Shown here: positions 1 through 10,086 of the stretch, piece after piece | How the letters are laid out: each line of letters begins with the position of its first letter | Position numbering within the stretch: the first letter of the stretch is position 1 | Assembly: GCA_963711265.1 (NCBI GenBank) | Contig: CAVQDL010000016.1 | Span: 13,235-77,234, forward strand | Reading direction: 5' to 3' | Origin: an uncultured delta proteobacterium | GTDB taxonomy: Bacteria; Myxococcota; Myxococcia; Myxococcales; Myxococcaceae | DNA: 64,000 bases | Notes under the pieces: model-generated | Database searches by the model: none | What the model was told of the DNA's origin: nothing | Seen by the model: only the letters and a program-made list of their open reading frames with translations | Program-made: the position numbers and the translations under genes

Positions 1-271
1 GACCTTTGTCCCCCAGCTCCAATTCCATCCCCATCGCCTCGACGGGGATGAGGATGTCCGAAAAGACGATGGCCGCGTCCACGCCAAGGCGGGTGACAGG
101 CTGAACCGTCACCTCGGCCGCGAGCTCGGGCGTCTTGCAGAGCTCGAGAAACTCCACCTTCTCGCGGATGGCGCGGTACTCGGGGAGGTAGCGGCCAGCC
201 TGCCGCATAATCCACACGGGGGTGACGTCGACGGGCTGGCGGCGCGCGGCGCGCAGGAGACGGTCATTCAC
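1..271 (-). CDS. hemE: uroporphyrinogen decarboxylase, 5' (N-terminal) part only; the gene continues past the left edge
   Basis: The reverse strand translates as [55 protein letters not shown]..., the HemE N-terminal signature ([14 protein letters not shown]). There is a GTG start at 271. Confidence 0.75.
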   Translation of the reverse strand, partial: MNDRLLRAARRQPVDVTPVWIMRQAGRYLPEYRAIREKVEFLELCKTPELAAEVTVQPVTRLGVDAAIVFSDILIPVEAMGMELELGDKG

Positions 272-454
272 GGGTAGTCCAGCCTAGCGCCCCGGCGGGA
301 GCTGGCGCGGCCGAAATACGAAGGCAGAGACTCACCGCGGCGACTCGTCACGACTGCCTCTTGAGGGGGGGCCAGTGGCGGCGCGTCCTTGACACCCCGG
401 CAAGTCCGCCAGTATGAGCCGCCCGCTGCACGTTGTAGGGTGGAGAAGGGAGTC

Positions 455-526
455 GGGCGGGTAGCTCAGCGGTAGAGCATCGCCCTTACAAGGCGAGGGT
501 CACAGGTTCGACCCCTGTTCCGCCCA
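455..526 (+). tRNA. tRNA-Val (anticodon TAC)
   Basis: Canonical cloverleaf GGGCGGG-TA-GCTCAGCGGTAGAGC-A-TCGCC CTTACAA GGCGA-GGGTC-ACAGG TTCGACC CCTGT-TCCGCCC-A. CCA is not encoded. Confidence 0.9.
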
Positions 527-541
527 AGTCGTCGTCGTGCT

Positions 542-615
542 GGGGAGTTAGTTCAGCTGGTTAGAACGCCGGCCTGTCACGCCGGAGGTCACGGGTTCAA
601 GTCCCGTACTCCTCG
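542..615 (+). tRNA. tRNA-Asp (anticodon GTC)
   Basis: Cloverleaf GGGGAGT-TA-GTTC AGCTGGTTA GAAC-G-CCGGC CTGTCAC GCCGG-AGGTC-ACGGG TTCAAGT CCCGT-ACTCCTC-G. Confidence 0.9.
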
Positions 616-674
616 CTTTTCACCCAGTAATTCGGGGGTTCTGGTTCTTGTCACTCAGTGGTGGGTTTTGACGA
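593..674 (+). repeat. left direct repeat (attL-like): the tRNA-Asp 3' end (gggttcaagtcccgtactcct) plus the 30-nt block ttcttgtcactcagtggtgggttttgacga
   Basis: The same 21-nt tRNA 3' fragment and 30-nt block recur contiguously at 10087-10137. Extra partial copies (gggttcttg tandem units and ttcttgtcactcag at 714-753) suggest repeated integration scars. Confidence 0.6.
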
Positions 675-1272
675 AAAGCTGATTAGGCACACGCGTTTAG
701 GAGTCTGAGACGGGTTCTTGGGTTCTTGGGTCTTGGGGGTTCTTGTCACTCAGCCGCAGCCAGGTTGGGCGCGCATTGAGGCGGCATCCCTCGTGGCACC
801 TCGCCGTAGACTCCGGCGCATGCTCCCCCAGCTCGTCTTGGACTCGTACGCCTTCACCATCGTCCACCGCGACTACCGCGAGCCGATAGCCGATAGCGAT
901 GGCCGATGGCGCATGGTTCCAGGCGCGTGAGGACCTGAAAACCGACCCGCTGACGTGCTCCATGCTGACAGTGCCGAAGGAAAAAGCTCTGGTGCTCAAC
1001 CTGCCCGACACCATCAAGGCAGGCACTCCGCTGAGCTTTGTGCTGCAGCGCGGAGCCGGCGCTGCCACGCTGGCGCTGCGAGTTGAGACGGCTGAGCTGG
1101 GAAAGCAGTTCAATGACGCGTGGAACTAGACCGGCCGTAATTCAGTCCAGCAGCGCTTCGCGCTGACGGGCGTAGTCGAGTCGTACAAGGAGGCCTGACC
1201 CCTGCCGCTGCCAGGGCGCCCCCACCGGTCCGAGGAGACGAGGTACTGTCTTGCAGAGTCCCGAGGGGCTGC

Positions 1273-4005
1273 ATGGCCGAATCAAATTCCGAGAACGCGG
1301 GTCAGGATGAAACCCTCGCCTCCGGGCAGAGGGTCACCGCCGCCGTTTCTCCGGAGTCTGACGGCCCAGGGCGACTCGGCCCTTACCAACTTCTGGAACT
1401 CATTGGCGAGGGTGGCATGGGGGAGGTGTGGCTCGCCGAGCAGCTCGAGCCCCGGCGCAAGGTGGCCATTAAAGTCATCAAAGCGGGCATGGACACCAAA
1501 CAGGTGGTGGCGCGCTTCGAGTCCGAGCGCCAGGCCCTGGCCCTCATGGACCACCCCGCCATCGCCAAGGTTTTCGACGGCGGGAGTACGCCCGAGGGCC
1601 GGCCTTACTTCGTCATGGAGTACGTGGCGGGCGTCCCGATTACGGAGCATTGCGACACGCACAAGCTGTCCACCACGGCGAGGCTCGAACTCTTCACCGA
1701 GGTCTGCGAGGGGGTTCAGCACGCTCACCAGAAGGCCATCATCCACCGGGACTTGAAGCCGTCGAACATTCTCGTGTCGCTGGTGGATGGGAAGGCTCAA
1801 CCCAAGATTATTGATTTTGGCATCGCCAAGGCCACCGGCTACCGGCTCACCGAGAAGACGCTCTTCACCGAGTTGGGCGCCATCATCGGCACGCCCGAGT
1901 ACATGAGTCCGGAGCAGGCCGACCTCACCGGACAGGACGTGGACACGCGGACGGACGTCTACTCGCTGGGTGTCCTCCTCTATCAGCTTCTCACCGGGGA
2001 ACTGCCATTCGGCTCGAGAGACTTGCGGTCCTCCAGCTATGAGGAGCTGCGCCGAAAGCTGAGAGAGGTGGAGCCGCCTCGGCCCAGCACCAAGCTCAGC
2101 ACCCTGGGGGATGGCGCGGCGCTCACCGCGAAACGCCGAAGCACCGACCCGGGCGCACTCCGACACCAGCTGGAGGGAGACCTCGACGCCATCACCATGA
2201 AGGCGCTCGAGAAGGAACGCGCTCGGCGGTACGGCACGCCGTCGGAGTTTGCCGCAGACATCGGGAGGCACCTCCGCAACGAGCCGGTGCAGGCCCGGCC
2301 GCCCAGCGTCGGGTACCGCGTCGGGAAATACGTCCAGCGCCACCGCGTGGGAGTGGGGGCGGCCGTCGGCCTGGCCGCGCTCCTGGTGTCATTCGCGGTC
2401 CTCATGGCAATTCAGGCACGGCAGACCGCTTTGGAGAGGGATAGGGCCAACGCCGAGAGAGACCGGGCCGATCGTGAACGCCAGGCGTCGGAGAAGGTCT
2501 CGGCGTTCCTGGCCAACATGCTTGGGACGTTGAAGCCGGAGGCGCTGGGGACTGCGCTCTGGACGGACCTGCACCAGGGCGTCGCGACGACGCGGCGCAG
2601 TCGCGGCGCATCCGACCAGGAGGTGGCGAAGGCCATCGCCTCGCTCGACGAGGATCTTCGCGGGGTGAGCCCGACCCAGACGGCGCTTCAACTCCTGGAC
2701 GCGCAGGTCCTCGACCGGGCCGGGAAGACCGTCGAGCGAGAGATGGGCTCCGACCCGAGGACCGCCGGGAGTCTGGAATTCACTCTGGGGAAGACCTACC
2801 GCAATCTCGGTCTCTACAAGCAGGCCGAGGAACACGCCCGGCGCGCAGTCGAGATCCGACGCCGCGCCTTTGGTGTCGAAAGCCTGGACACCCTGCAGGC
2901 CATGAACATCCTGGCTGTCGTTTATTATTACGAAGCGAATTACGGCGAGGCAGAGAAGCTCGACCAGGAGACCCTCGCCGCCAAACGACGGATGCTCGGA
3001 CCGGAGCACCCCGAGACCCTCCAGTCGATGAACAACCTTGCGATCGTCTACGACGCCGAGGGGCGCTACGACGAGGCCCTGAAGCTCGACCAGGAAACCC
3101 TGGACGTCAAACAACGAGTCCTGGGGCCGGACCACCCCGACACGCTCAATTCGATGAACAACCTCGGAATGGTCTACTTCGACAAGGGCGACTACGAGAA
3201 ATGCGAAGAGCTCATGCGCGAGGTGCTCGACATCAGGCGCCGGGTGCTTCCAGACCGACCGGAAACCCTGGACTCCATCAACAATCTCGCTGAGGTTTAC
3301 AACGCTCGGGGCCGTTATCGGGAGGCTGAAGCGCTCTACCGCGAATCTCTGGAGGCAAAGCGCAGGGTCCTCGGGCCGGAGCATCTGGCGGCGCTCCAGA
3401 CGGCGCAGAACCTCGCCGACGTGTATGCGGCGGAGGGTCGCCATGAGGAGGCCGAGAAGCTCTCTCGCGAAACCGTGGCAATTTCACGGCGGGTGCTCGG
3501 CGCCGACCACTCCCTGACTCTCGTGATGATGGGCAGCCTCGCTCGCGCCTATGCCGACGAACATCGGTACCGGGAGGCAGAGCGGCTCGCGAGCGAAGTG
3601 CTCGAAACCTCTCGGAGGGTGCTCGGTGCTGATCATCCGAGCACGCTGGCAGCCCTCTCACGGCTGTCAGACGTCGACAATGCCCAGGGTCTCTTCGCAA
3701 GGGCGGCGCCACTGGCCCAGGAGGCGCGCGCCGGATACGAGCGCATCGGGAGCAAGACCGGCCCGGGCATGGGGAACGCCCGCGCCGCGCTCGGCCGCGC
3801 ACTATCCGGTCTGAAGCGCTACCCCGAGGCCGAGGGCGAGTTCCTCGGCGCGGAGCGACTCCTGTCCGCCGGCAAGGGCCGGGACTACAAGCAATGTCTC
3901 GAATCGGTAGTGGAGATGTACCGCGCCTGGGACAGGTCCGAGCCCGACAAGGGCCACGCCGCACAGGCGGCGACGTGGAAGGCGAAGTTGGACAGTCCTC
4001 GATGA
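1273..4005 (+). CDS. serine/threonine protein kinase with a C-terminal TPR-repeat domain
   Basis: Kinase motifs are GEGGMGEVWLA, VAIKVIK, HRDLKPSNIL, DFGIAK and GTPEYMSPEQ. A TM segment follows, then more than 8 TPR-like repeats (NNLAIVY..GRYDEA). Confidence 0.9.
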   Translation: MAESNSENAGQDETLASGQRVTAAVSPESDGPGRLGPYQLLELIGEGGMGEVWLAEQLEPRRKVAIKVIKAGMDTKQVVARFESERQALALMDHPAIAKVFDGGSTPEGRPYFVMEYVAGVPITEHCDTHKLSTTARLELFTEVCEGVQHAHQKAIIHRDLKPSNILVSLVDGKAQPKIIDFGIAKATGYRLTEKTLFTELGAIIGTPEYMSPEQADLTGQDVDTRTDVYSLGVLLYQLLTGELPFGSRDLRSSSYEELRRKLREVEPPRPSTKLSTLGDGAALTAKRRSTDPGALRHQLEGDLDAITMKALEKERARRYGTPSEFAADIGRHLRNEPVQARPPSVGYRVGKYVQRHRVGVGAAVGLAALLVSFAVLMAIQARQTALERDRANAERDRADRERQASEKVSAFLANMLGTLKPEALGTALWTDLHQGVATTRRSRGASDQEVAKAIASLDEDLRGVSPTQTALQLLDAQVLDRAGKTVEREMGSDPRTAGSLEFTLGKTYRNLGLYKQAEEHARRAVEIRRRAFGVESLDTLQAMNILAVVYYYEANYGEAEKLDQETLAAKRRMLGPEHPETLQSMNNLAIVYDAEGRYDEALKLDQETLDVKQRVLGPDHPDTLNSMNNLGMVYFDKGDYEKCEELMREVLDIRRRVLPDRPETLDSINNLAEVYNARGRYREAEALYRESLEAKRRVLGPEHLAALQTAQNLADVYAAEGRHEEAEKLSRETVAISRRVLGADHSLTLVMMGSLARAYADEHRYREAERLASEVLETSRRVLGADHPSTLAALSRLSDVDNAQGLFARAAPLAQEARAGYERIGSKTGPGMGNARAALGRALSGLKRYPEAEGEFLGAERLLSAGKGRDYKQCLESVVEMYRAWDRSEPDKGHAAQAATWKAKLDSPR

Positions 4006-4200
4006 AGGTGACGGTGCGCTCGTCACCATCGCCTAGCGACCCCGAGGTGCCCCCGGGCTGAGGCCGCCCTGCACCCAGGGCTATGCGGGCGGCCGCAACT
4101 GTGATTGGTTCCTTGGGTGTGGGAAGCGCCCGCACGGTCATTGGTGGTAGAGGTACGAGGACGGCAGGGCGGGCAACCCCTCGCCAGACCGAAAGGTGTC

Positions 4201-5085
4201 CTACGCTTCGCGCGGCATCGCGCCCGCGAGCAAAAATACGGCGCCGCAGAACATTAGGGTATCTGCCAAGTAATTGAGGCCATTGTCGATGCTGGCGCGT
4301 TCCACTACTGCGATCGGCAGATAGACGACCAACTCTAAGAAGAGCACTGTCAAGCCCAGCGATGTTGCGGCCGCGCGTGCTTTCCTGCCGACAAGCAAGA
4401 GAGTCCCCGCGAATGCGTAGACCACGGCCGCCAGATACGTCCAAATGGCGTGCCCGTAGACGTACTCCGGCGTCACCGGCCTCAGCGGAACGCCGGGGAC
4501 GTGATTGCCGTGCATGAATTGCTGAATGCTGTAAACCAGCACCGGAATTGCAATGAAGTATCGCGCAACCGTTGCAAGGCCGCGCTTGCGCGACGACTCT
4601 GTGAGGCTAGCTGCCAGCGCCAGAGCGCCTCCGCTGAAGGACAATTCGCGCAGCGCGAGCGTGAGTGCAAACCGATCGCGCGGGTCTTCTGCCCAACCTG
4701 GGACGTCCATCAGCACGACGAAAAAGAAGAACGTCAGGGCGAGCAAGCTTGCCGAAAGACGCGTCTGAATCCCCGTCACCAGGCTGACCGCTGCTGCGAT
4801 GAAACAAGCACCGATGAAGTACGCCCAAAAGTGATGCCACGGAATCCACGCTGGGACGATCGACGCGATGCCCTCCGTCCGCGTGAAATGTTCGGTGCCA
4901 AATGCCGCGAGTGGCGCCGCATAACAGACTGGCCCGAGCAGGATCAGCTTGTCGAAGCCTCGCGCCTTTGACCAATCGTGGCGAAGAACAGGCGCGACCA
5001 GCCAGATCGCAAGAACCGCTCCACCGACAAGGTACGACCACGTCACCTCGCTGGGAATCGCTCCTCTCACCACGATGCTTTTCAC
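4201..5085 (-). CDS. polytopic membrane protein, DoxX-like
   Basis: 294-aa ORF with about 7 hydrophobic helices and no soluble domain. Confidence 0.5.
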   Translation of the reverse strand: MKSIVVRGAIPSEVTWSYLVGGAVLAIWLVAPVLRHDWSKARGFDKLILLGPVCYAAPLAAFGTEHFTRTEGIASIVPAWIPWHHFWAYFIGACFIAAAVSLVTGIQTRLSASLLALTFFFFVVLMDVPGWAEDPRDRFALTLALRELSFSGGALALAASLTESSRKRGLATVARYFIAIPVLVYSIQQFMHGNHVPGVPLRPVTPEYVYGHAIWTYLAAVVYAFAGTLLLVGRKARAAATSLGLTVLFLELVVYLPIAVVERASIDNGLNYLADTLMFCGAVFLLAGAMPREA

Positions 5086-5606
5086 CCTCCCTCCGCCCTA
5101 GCCCGATGTTCCCCCTTCCCTGGGCGCTACGGCAAGGATGCAGCAAGCGGGTGCTGCGCAGCTGTGACTGGCGCCCCTACGGTCCCATGCTGGGCCGTAC
5201 CTCGGACTCACCCTCGAGCTGCCGCCAGTACCTTCGGGTGCGGCTGTTGCATCCTCGGTTTGCGGCGCCTCAGGTGCTTCAGAGCGACCGGAGCACTCGA
5301 ACACGGCCATCTGCTGGCTCGCGGTCGGTCGGGAGTGGTTGTGGACGACCTGGATGGCGTCCGGCGAAAGTCAGAACGCTCCGGACATCTACCTGGACGT
5401 GTGCTCGGTGGCGATCTCGGGGCCGGGCCAGCACGTCGTCCATGGGTCAGCATCATCATCGTCAAGCGGACCCGTAGAGGAACTGGTCTCGCCCGAAGCG
5501 GCTCGAGCGCTGGTGCAGAAGACGGTTACCCGCTTGTGGCGCCTCACGGCGGGTTGGCGTCCGATTACGTCCGAGGTAGTAGGCTGGCGACTTCGAGCCG
5601 GTCCCC

Positions 5607-6065
5607 CTAGAGCGCGGCCAGCACGTCGAGCGCCAGGGTCTTCTCGGCGCTCATCTGCTGGGGCTGGTCCTTCACTCCGTAAACCTTGAACAGGAACACC
5701 GTCTGACCCTTCTTGACGTAGAGCACGGCATACGGTGCCAGTGTCGCGTAGAACGCGTCGTCGCCGAGTCCGGGCGCTGGCGTGATCTTAGTTCCGGGAA
5801 GTGGGCCCGTCTTCACCCGGTTCCATTGCTCCGGGGGCCAAAGTGACAGGGTGACGATGACGTGCGGCGTCGCCGAGGTCCACGAGCAGCCGGTCGTGCC
5901 GATCGGCTGACCGGCGCCAAAGCCCCCGCCGAGCGCGGCGGCGACCTGCGCCGGGGTCAGCAGCTTGCAAGGCTCCGGGCCCGCCTGGGAGGCGCCGGCA
6001 ACGGTGAGCAGGCCGACTGCGCAGACCAGCCACCACCGGAAGGAGCGCCACCGTCTCCAGCTCAT
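5607..6065 (-). CDS. secreted/lipoprotein of unknown function
   Basis: The start was moved to the internal Met: MSWRRWRSFRWWLVCAVGLLTVAGASQA is a signal peptide. The upstream extension in the ORF track has no RBS logic. Confidence 0.5.
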   Translation of the reverse strand: MSWRRWRSFRWWLVCAVGLLTVAGASQAGPEPCKLLTPAQVAAALGGGFGAGQPIGTTGCSWTSATPHVIVTLSLWPPEQWNRVKTGPLPGTKITPAPGLGDDAFYATLAPYAVLYVKKGQTVFLFKVYGVKDQPQQMSAEKTLALDVLAAL

Positions 6066-6139
6066 GCCCCACCTCCAGAAAAGCAGCGGATTCATTGCAC
6101 CCATTCCCGGTCTCGGGCAAGAGCCGGAAGTGCTGGGCG

Positions 6140-6340
6140 CTATTTGTGCGAGAAAACCTCTGGCGTTCGCGTCTTCGGATTTCGCACTGCCTCGAAGAAA
6201 AGCTCGACATCCTCGGCCGTAATGCGCAGGGCATGCGAAACGCGGACGTGCCGCAGCTTCCCGTCGGCGCACAGCCGGTAGATGGTGACAGGGTTCACCC
6301 GCAGCCTTGCCGCAGCCCCGCGCACGGTCAGGAGTGGCAC
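6140..6340 (-). CDS. excisionase-family (MerR/AlpA-like) helix-turn-helix DNA-binding protein
   Basis: LLTVRGAAARLRVNPVTIYRLCADGKLRHVRVSHALRITAEDVELFF matches the excisionase-type HTH. A GTG start at 6340 avoids overlap with the TetR gene, but the ORF could extend to 6421. Confidence 0.55.
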   Translation of the reverse strand: MPLLTVRGAAARLRVNPVTIYRLCADGKLRHVRVSHALRITAEDVELFFEAVRNPKTRTPEVFSHK

Positions 6341-6350
6341 GGTACGCGCT

Positions 6351-6998
6351 TTAGCGGTGCCCGTCGCGCGCCGCAATTCCACGCCGCGGCAGGAGCACCA
6401 AGTCGGCCGCTTCCTCAGCATCTTTGAGGAGCGTCTTGCGCGGCGTGCCTATCCGCGCACGCATGGTCAGGCCACGAGCAAAATCCGTGACTTGGATCGC
6501 GCGCACGGCTACCGGAAAGTCAGGCGGGATGTCTCCCACACGGATCCCGTCCCGGAAACGGCGCTCCACCAGCGCCTCGGCGCCCGCGACAGTGCTCTGC
6601 AGGAACCGCCGAACCTCAGCGTCGTTCACAAGCGGCGCGACGCACACCAGAAGGCAGCCCCGGGCGGACCCTTTCTCGGTCGCACTTTCGACGGCGTACC
6701 TCAGAAAGCCCGCGATCGAGTCGCGAAGACCCTGTGGCGAGAGGAGTGCCTTCGCGGCTGATGCGCCCTTCCGTTCTGCGTACGCCCTAAGGACGCGCAA
6801 GAATATCGCCCGCTTGTCCCCGAAGACGGCATACAGGCTTGGCCGTCCCACACCCATTCCGGCGACGAGATCGTCAATCGTTACTCCGTCGTAGCCTTTC
6901 GACCAGAAGACCTGAGTCGCCTTTTCCAGCGCCCCCGTCTCGTCGAAGCTGCGCGGTCGTCCCCGCGGCCTAGCTGTATTTTGAATCATCTGGTTCAA
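6351..6998 (-). CDS. TetR/AcrR family transcriptional regulator
   Basis: N-terminal HTH GRPRSFDETGALEKATQVFWSKGYDGVTIDDLVAGMGVGRPSLYAVFGDK, 215 aa. Confidence 0.85.
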   Translation of the reverse strand: MNQMIQNTARPRGRPRSFDETGALEKATQVFWSKGYDGVTIDDLVAGMGVGRPSLYAVFGDKRAIFLRVLRAYAERKGASAAKALLSPQGLRDSIAGFLRYAVESATEKGSARGCLLVCVAPLVNDAEVRRFLQSTVAGAEALVERRFRDGIRVGDIPPDFPVAVRAIQVTDFARGLTMRARIGTPRKTLLKDAEEAADLVLLPRRGIAARDGHR

Positions 6999-7045
6999 AA
7001 CTCATTGACAATGGCCATCGCACGAATATATAACCGAACAGTTCG
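6979..7045. promoter_or_regulatory. divergent TetR/SDR control region: inverted repeat TTTTGAA-N8-TTCAAAA (6979-7000), sigma70-like TTGACA-N16-TATATA (7005-7032), palindrome CGAACAGTTCG (7035-7045)
   Basis: This is an AT-rich island inside 70% GC DNA, sitting between divergent TetR (6998) and SDR (7117) genes. The palindromes lie in operator positions. Confidence 0.4.
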
Positions 7046-7116
7046 AAATTAGCAAGCCGGCCCTGGCCTCGCGGGGCCTCACGACTCGACCTTCCCCCTT
7101 CACCACGGAGCCGCCC

Positions 7117-8076
7117 ATGGAACATTCGATCGCGCTCGTCACCGGCACCACCTCCGGGCTCGGTCATGCGGCAGCCCGCTTGCTCGCCATCGAGGGCTAC
7201 CGCCAGGTCATCGTCACCGGGCGCAGCCTGGCCCGGGTTCAAGAGACGGCCGCTCAACTCGCGGCTGAGACCAAGACACAGGTTTTCACGCCGCTGGAGC
7301 TGGATCTGGACGCGCCGACCAGCGTTCAATCCGCCCTCGCCGAGCTGGTCAAGCGAGGTCGGCCGATCGATTTCCTGCTGCTCAATGCAGGGATGGTCCC
7401 AGGCAAGAAGCGCGTGATCACGGCGGCAGGCGTCGAGGCGGCTCAGGCCCCGCTGATCGGCCATCATCAACTAACTGTCGGGTTGCTCCGCGCCAACCTT
7501 CTAAGCCCCAACGCGCGGATCGTTATCTCCGGCGCAGAACCTGCCCGAGGGGGCGTACCCCTGTTCAGCTACACCGACGTGCCAGCCTTCGCGGCCAAAT
7601 ACCACCAGGGTGACCGAACCGCCGCTGTGGAAGCCCTGCTGCGCAACGGGCCGAACGTGAGGTACGTGCCCAACAATGCGTATGCCGACGCGAAGCTCGT
7701 TATCGCTTGGTGGGTCGCGGCGCTGGCGCGGCGGCTACCCTCCGGCATGGCCGTGTACGCTGTCTCGCCCGGTGCGGCGACCGACACCAAGGTGGTGCGA
7801 AACGCTGGCCCGGCGCTGAAGTATCTGTTTATCCCAATCGTGAACCTCATTCCCGGCATGAATCAGACGCCGGAGACCGCGGCCCGTCGGTACCTCCAGG
7901 CGTCGGAGTTCGGAACAGACGTCTCAGGGCAATTCTTCGCCTCGGCTCAAGGGAAGGTCACAGGCCCAATTGAGGCGCAGCGCCACCCACACCTCCACGA
8001 TCGCGCCAGCCAGGAAGCCGCGTGGCAGGCCATCGTCAAGGTCTCTGGCGCCGATTTCTCTTCCGCCGCAACTTGA
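7117..8076 (+). CDS. short-chain dehydrogenase/reductase (SDR) family oxidoreductase
   Basis: The Rossmann motif VTGTTSGLGHAAA is present. It is divergent from the TetR gene. Confidence 0.85.
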   Translation: MEHSIALVTGTTSGLGHAAARLLAIEGYRQVIVTGRSLARVQETAAQLAAETKTQVFTPLELDLDAPTSVQSALAELVKRGRPIDFLLLNAGMVPGKKRVITAAGVEAAQAPLIGHHQLTVGLLRANLLSPNARIVISGAEPARGGVPLFSYTDVPAFAAKYHQGDRTAAVEALLRNGPNVRYVPNNAYADAKLVIAWWVAALARRLPSGMAVYAVSPGAATDTKVVRNAGPALKYLFIPIVNLIPGMNQTPETAARRYLQASEFGTDVSGQFFASAQGKVTGPIEAQRHPHLHDRASQEAAWQAIVKVSGADFSSAAT

Positions 8077-8361
8077 GAGCGGCGTCCTGAATGAGAGCCC
8101 GATCGCGGCTGAACTGATCCCGGTGACCAGAGTCAGCATTGCGATTGCGGAGCTACGTGGGCGTCCATGGGGCCTTAAGGTCTTTTGAACTAACTAGTTC
8201 ACAAATCACTTGACCGCAGCCTGCGCGTCTGATTATAGTTTTCCCGGCCCTTCAACGGCACTGGGTTATCCGTTTCGCTGCGTGGCGACCTTTCCGTGGG
8301 AGTCCCGCCGTGAACGACTGCCGCGCGGCCGTTAACCCGCTTCCCGCGATCCGGTGCGATT

Positions 8362-9096
8362 TCAGATGGCCGAGAAGCCGCCGTCGACAGACAACTCCAC
8401 CCCATTCACGAAGCTCGAATCGTGTGAAGCAAGAAACAGCGCCACTGTCGCAATTTCCTCAGGACGACCCATCTTTCCCCGCGGGATCAGGGATTCGAAC
8501 ATCCGCTTTGCCTCCCCGGTCAAAACCTGGTCCTGCATCGGTGTGGCGATCGGTCCCGGGCTCAGCACGTTTACCCGGATATTCCTGGCCTTCAGTTCGT
8601 TAAGCCAAGTGCGTGCGAATGAGCGCAACGCCGCCTTGCTCGCCGCATACACACTATAACCGGGAAAACCTTTCACCGAAGCAACTGACCCGGTCATGAA
8701 GATTGATCCGCCATCGTTGAACAGCGGCAACGCCTTCTGAACCGCAAACAGCGTGCCGCGCGTATTCAGACCGAAGGCCGCATCGAAGTGCTGCTCGGTA
8801 ATCTCGCCCAGTGGTACGGCTTCGCCCGTGCCAGCGCTCGCGTACAGGATGTCGATCTTGCCCTTCACCCGCTTGACCGTATCGAACAGGCGGTCGAGGT
8901 CTTCGAGATTCGCCGCGTCGCCGCGAACGCCGGTCACGTTGCGGCCAATCGCCTTCACCGCCTCGTCGAGCACCTGCTGTCGCCGGCCGGTGATGAACAC
9001 ATAGGCCCCTTCTTCGACGAATAGTTTCGCCGTCTCCAGCGCCATGCCGCTCGATCCACCCGTAATGACTGCAACTTTGCCTGCCAGCTTTCCCAT
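8362..9096 (-). CDS. SDR family oxidoreductase
   Basis: Motifs are AVITGGSSGMAL, the YAASKAAL catalytic Y..K and SPGPIATP. Confidence 0.9.
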   Translation of the reverse strand: MGKLAGKVAVITGGSSGMALETAKLFVEEGAYVFITGRRQQVLDEAVKAIGRNVTGVRGDAANLEDLDRLFDTVKRVKGKIDILYASAGTGEAVPLGEITEQHFDAAFGLNTRGTLFAVQKALPLFNDGGSIFMTGSVASVKGFPGYSVYAASKAALRSFARTWLNELKARNIRVNVLSPGPIATPMQDQVLTGEAKRMFESLIPRGKMGRPEEIATVALFLASHDSSFVNGVELSVDGGFSAI

Positions 9097-9125
9097 GACT
9101 GTTCACCTTTCGTCGTGTATCTTGT

Positions 9126-9138
9126 GGATCACTGATCC
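9126..9138. promoter_or_regulatory. palindrome GGATCAcTGATCC between divergent SDR and TetR genes (candidate TetR operator)
   Basis: A perfect 6-bp inverted repeat lies in the 56-bp intergenic region. Confidence 0.35.
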
Positions 9139-9176
9139 GGATATACGGTTCAGTGCTCCACTTGTCAAGGCAACCG

Positions 9177-9758
9177 ATGCGAGCCGACGCCAGGAAAAAT
9201 CACAGCCACCTGCTTGCGGTCGCGCGTGACGTCGTCACCGAGCACGGCGCCGATGCGTCCATGCGAGACATCGCCCGTCGGGCCGACGTCGGGTTGGCCA
9301 CATTGCTTCGTCATTTCCCGACGCGAGAGGCCTTGTTCGACGAGTTGCTGCGTACGAAGGCGGACGCTCTGACGCAGAAGGCAGCCGAGCTCGAAACGTC
9401 GAAGCCACCGGACGAAGCGCTCGTGTCCTGGTTTCGCGAAGGGGTGGCGTTCGTCCAAAGCTATAGCGGCGTTTGCGCCTTGATGGCGAGCGCCCACGCG
9501 GACCCGGACTCCGCGCTTTACGCTTCAAGCACAACGCTGCACACAGCCGGCGCGCGACTACTCGCCCGTGCTCAAGCCGTGGGAACGGCGCGCGCCGATA
9601 TGGATGGGGAGGACCTGTTCGCCCTGATGTCGGCGCTCGGCTGGGCGGTCGGCCAACCCTCATTCGCGCCGCGGGCCGATCATCTCTTTCGGATTATCGC
9701 GAGCGCCATCCTGACAAACCCATCGAGTAGCGACGTCAAGAAAGCGAAGCGTGCTTGA
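9177..9758 (+). CDS. TetR family transcriptional regulator
   Basis: The HTH motif is RDVVTEHGADASMRDIARRADVGLATLLRHFPTREALF. The start could instead be at 9153. Confidence 0.8.
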   Translation: MRADARKNHSHLLAVARDVVTEHGADASMRDIARRADVGLATLLRHFPTREALFDELLRTKADALTQKAAELETSKPPDEALVSWFREGVAFVQSYSGVCALMASAHADPDSALYASSTTLHTAGARLLARAQAVGTARADMDGEDLFALMSALGWAVGQPSFAPRADHLFRIIASAILTNPSSSDVKKAKRA

Positions 9759-10086
9759 AGACCGTGCCGTTTCTCCCGGCTGACCCAGCCGGGCCTAATG
9801 GTTAGTTTCGAGATTCGTATCACGCCCGACGGCCGCGCCAATGGCCATCGAGTACTGGCAGAGCCTCGGCTACCTCTACCTTTTGAACGGGCTCGCTCGC
9901 CTCGGCGCTGAAAGTCTTCGGAGAGCTTGTAGGGGTAATTTCCGTCTCCAGTATTTCTCCAAGCCGGGGGAGGATTCGGGGGAACTCTGGAGGACTCGAG
10001 GGGACCAGATAGGCGCCCAAGTACCGAGGAGGACAAGCTTTTCGAGAAGCGACGTGTCATCGCGGGCTTGCGAAACCCCACCCCAA

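Larger units (their letters stand above)
616..10086. mobile_element. putative decayed genomic island inserted at the tRNA-Asp 3' end; no integrase remains
   Basis: It is bounded by imperfect direct repeats of the tRNA-Asp 3' end (593-674 and 10087-10137). Cargo: a TPR Ser/Thr kinase, a DoxX-like membrane protein, a lipoprotein, an excisionase-family HTH protein and two TetR-SDR pairs. Confidence 0.45.

Noticed and set aside
899-1129. 76-aa plus ORF (and overlapping 697-1113 minus ORF) near the island's left end
   Set aside because: The ORFs overlap each other, have no RBS or homology signal, and lie in a region full of repeat scars. They were left unannotated.
4017-4045. Hairpin ggtgacg-gtgcgct-cgtcacc after the kinase gene as an intrinsic terminator
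   Set aside because: It is not followed by a U-tract. It may still act as a GC-type terminator but cannot be supported from sequence alone.
3278-4444. 388-aa antisense ORF
   Set aside because: It is antisense to the Ser/Thr kinase TPR region and has a low-complexity Arg/Pro-rich translation.
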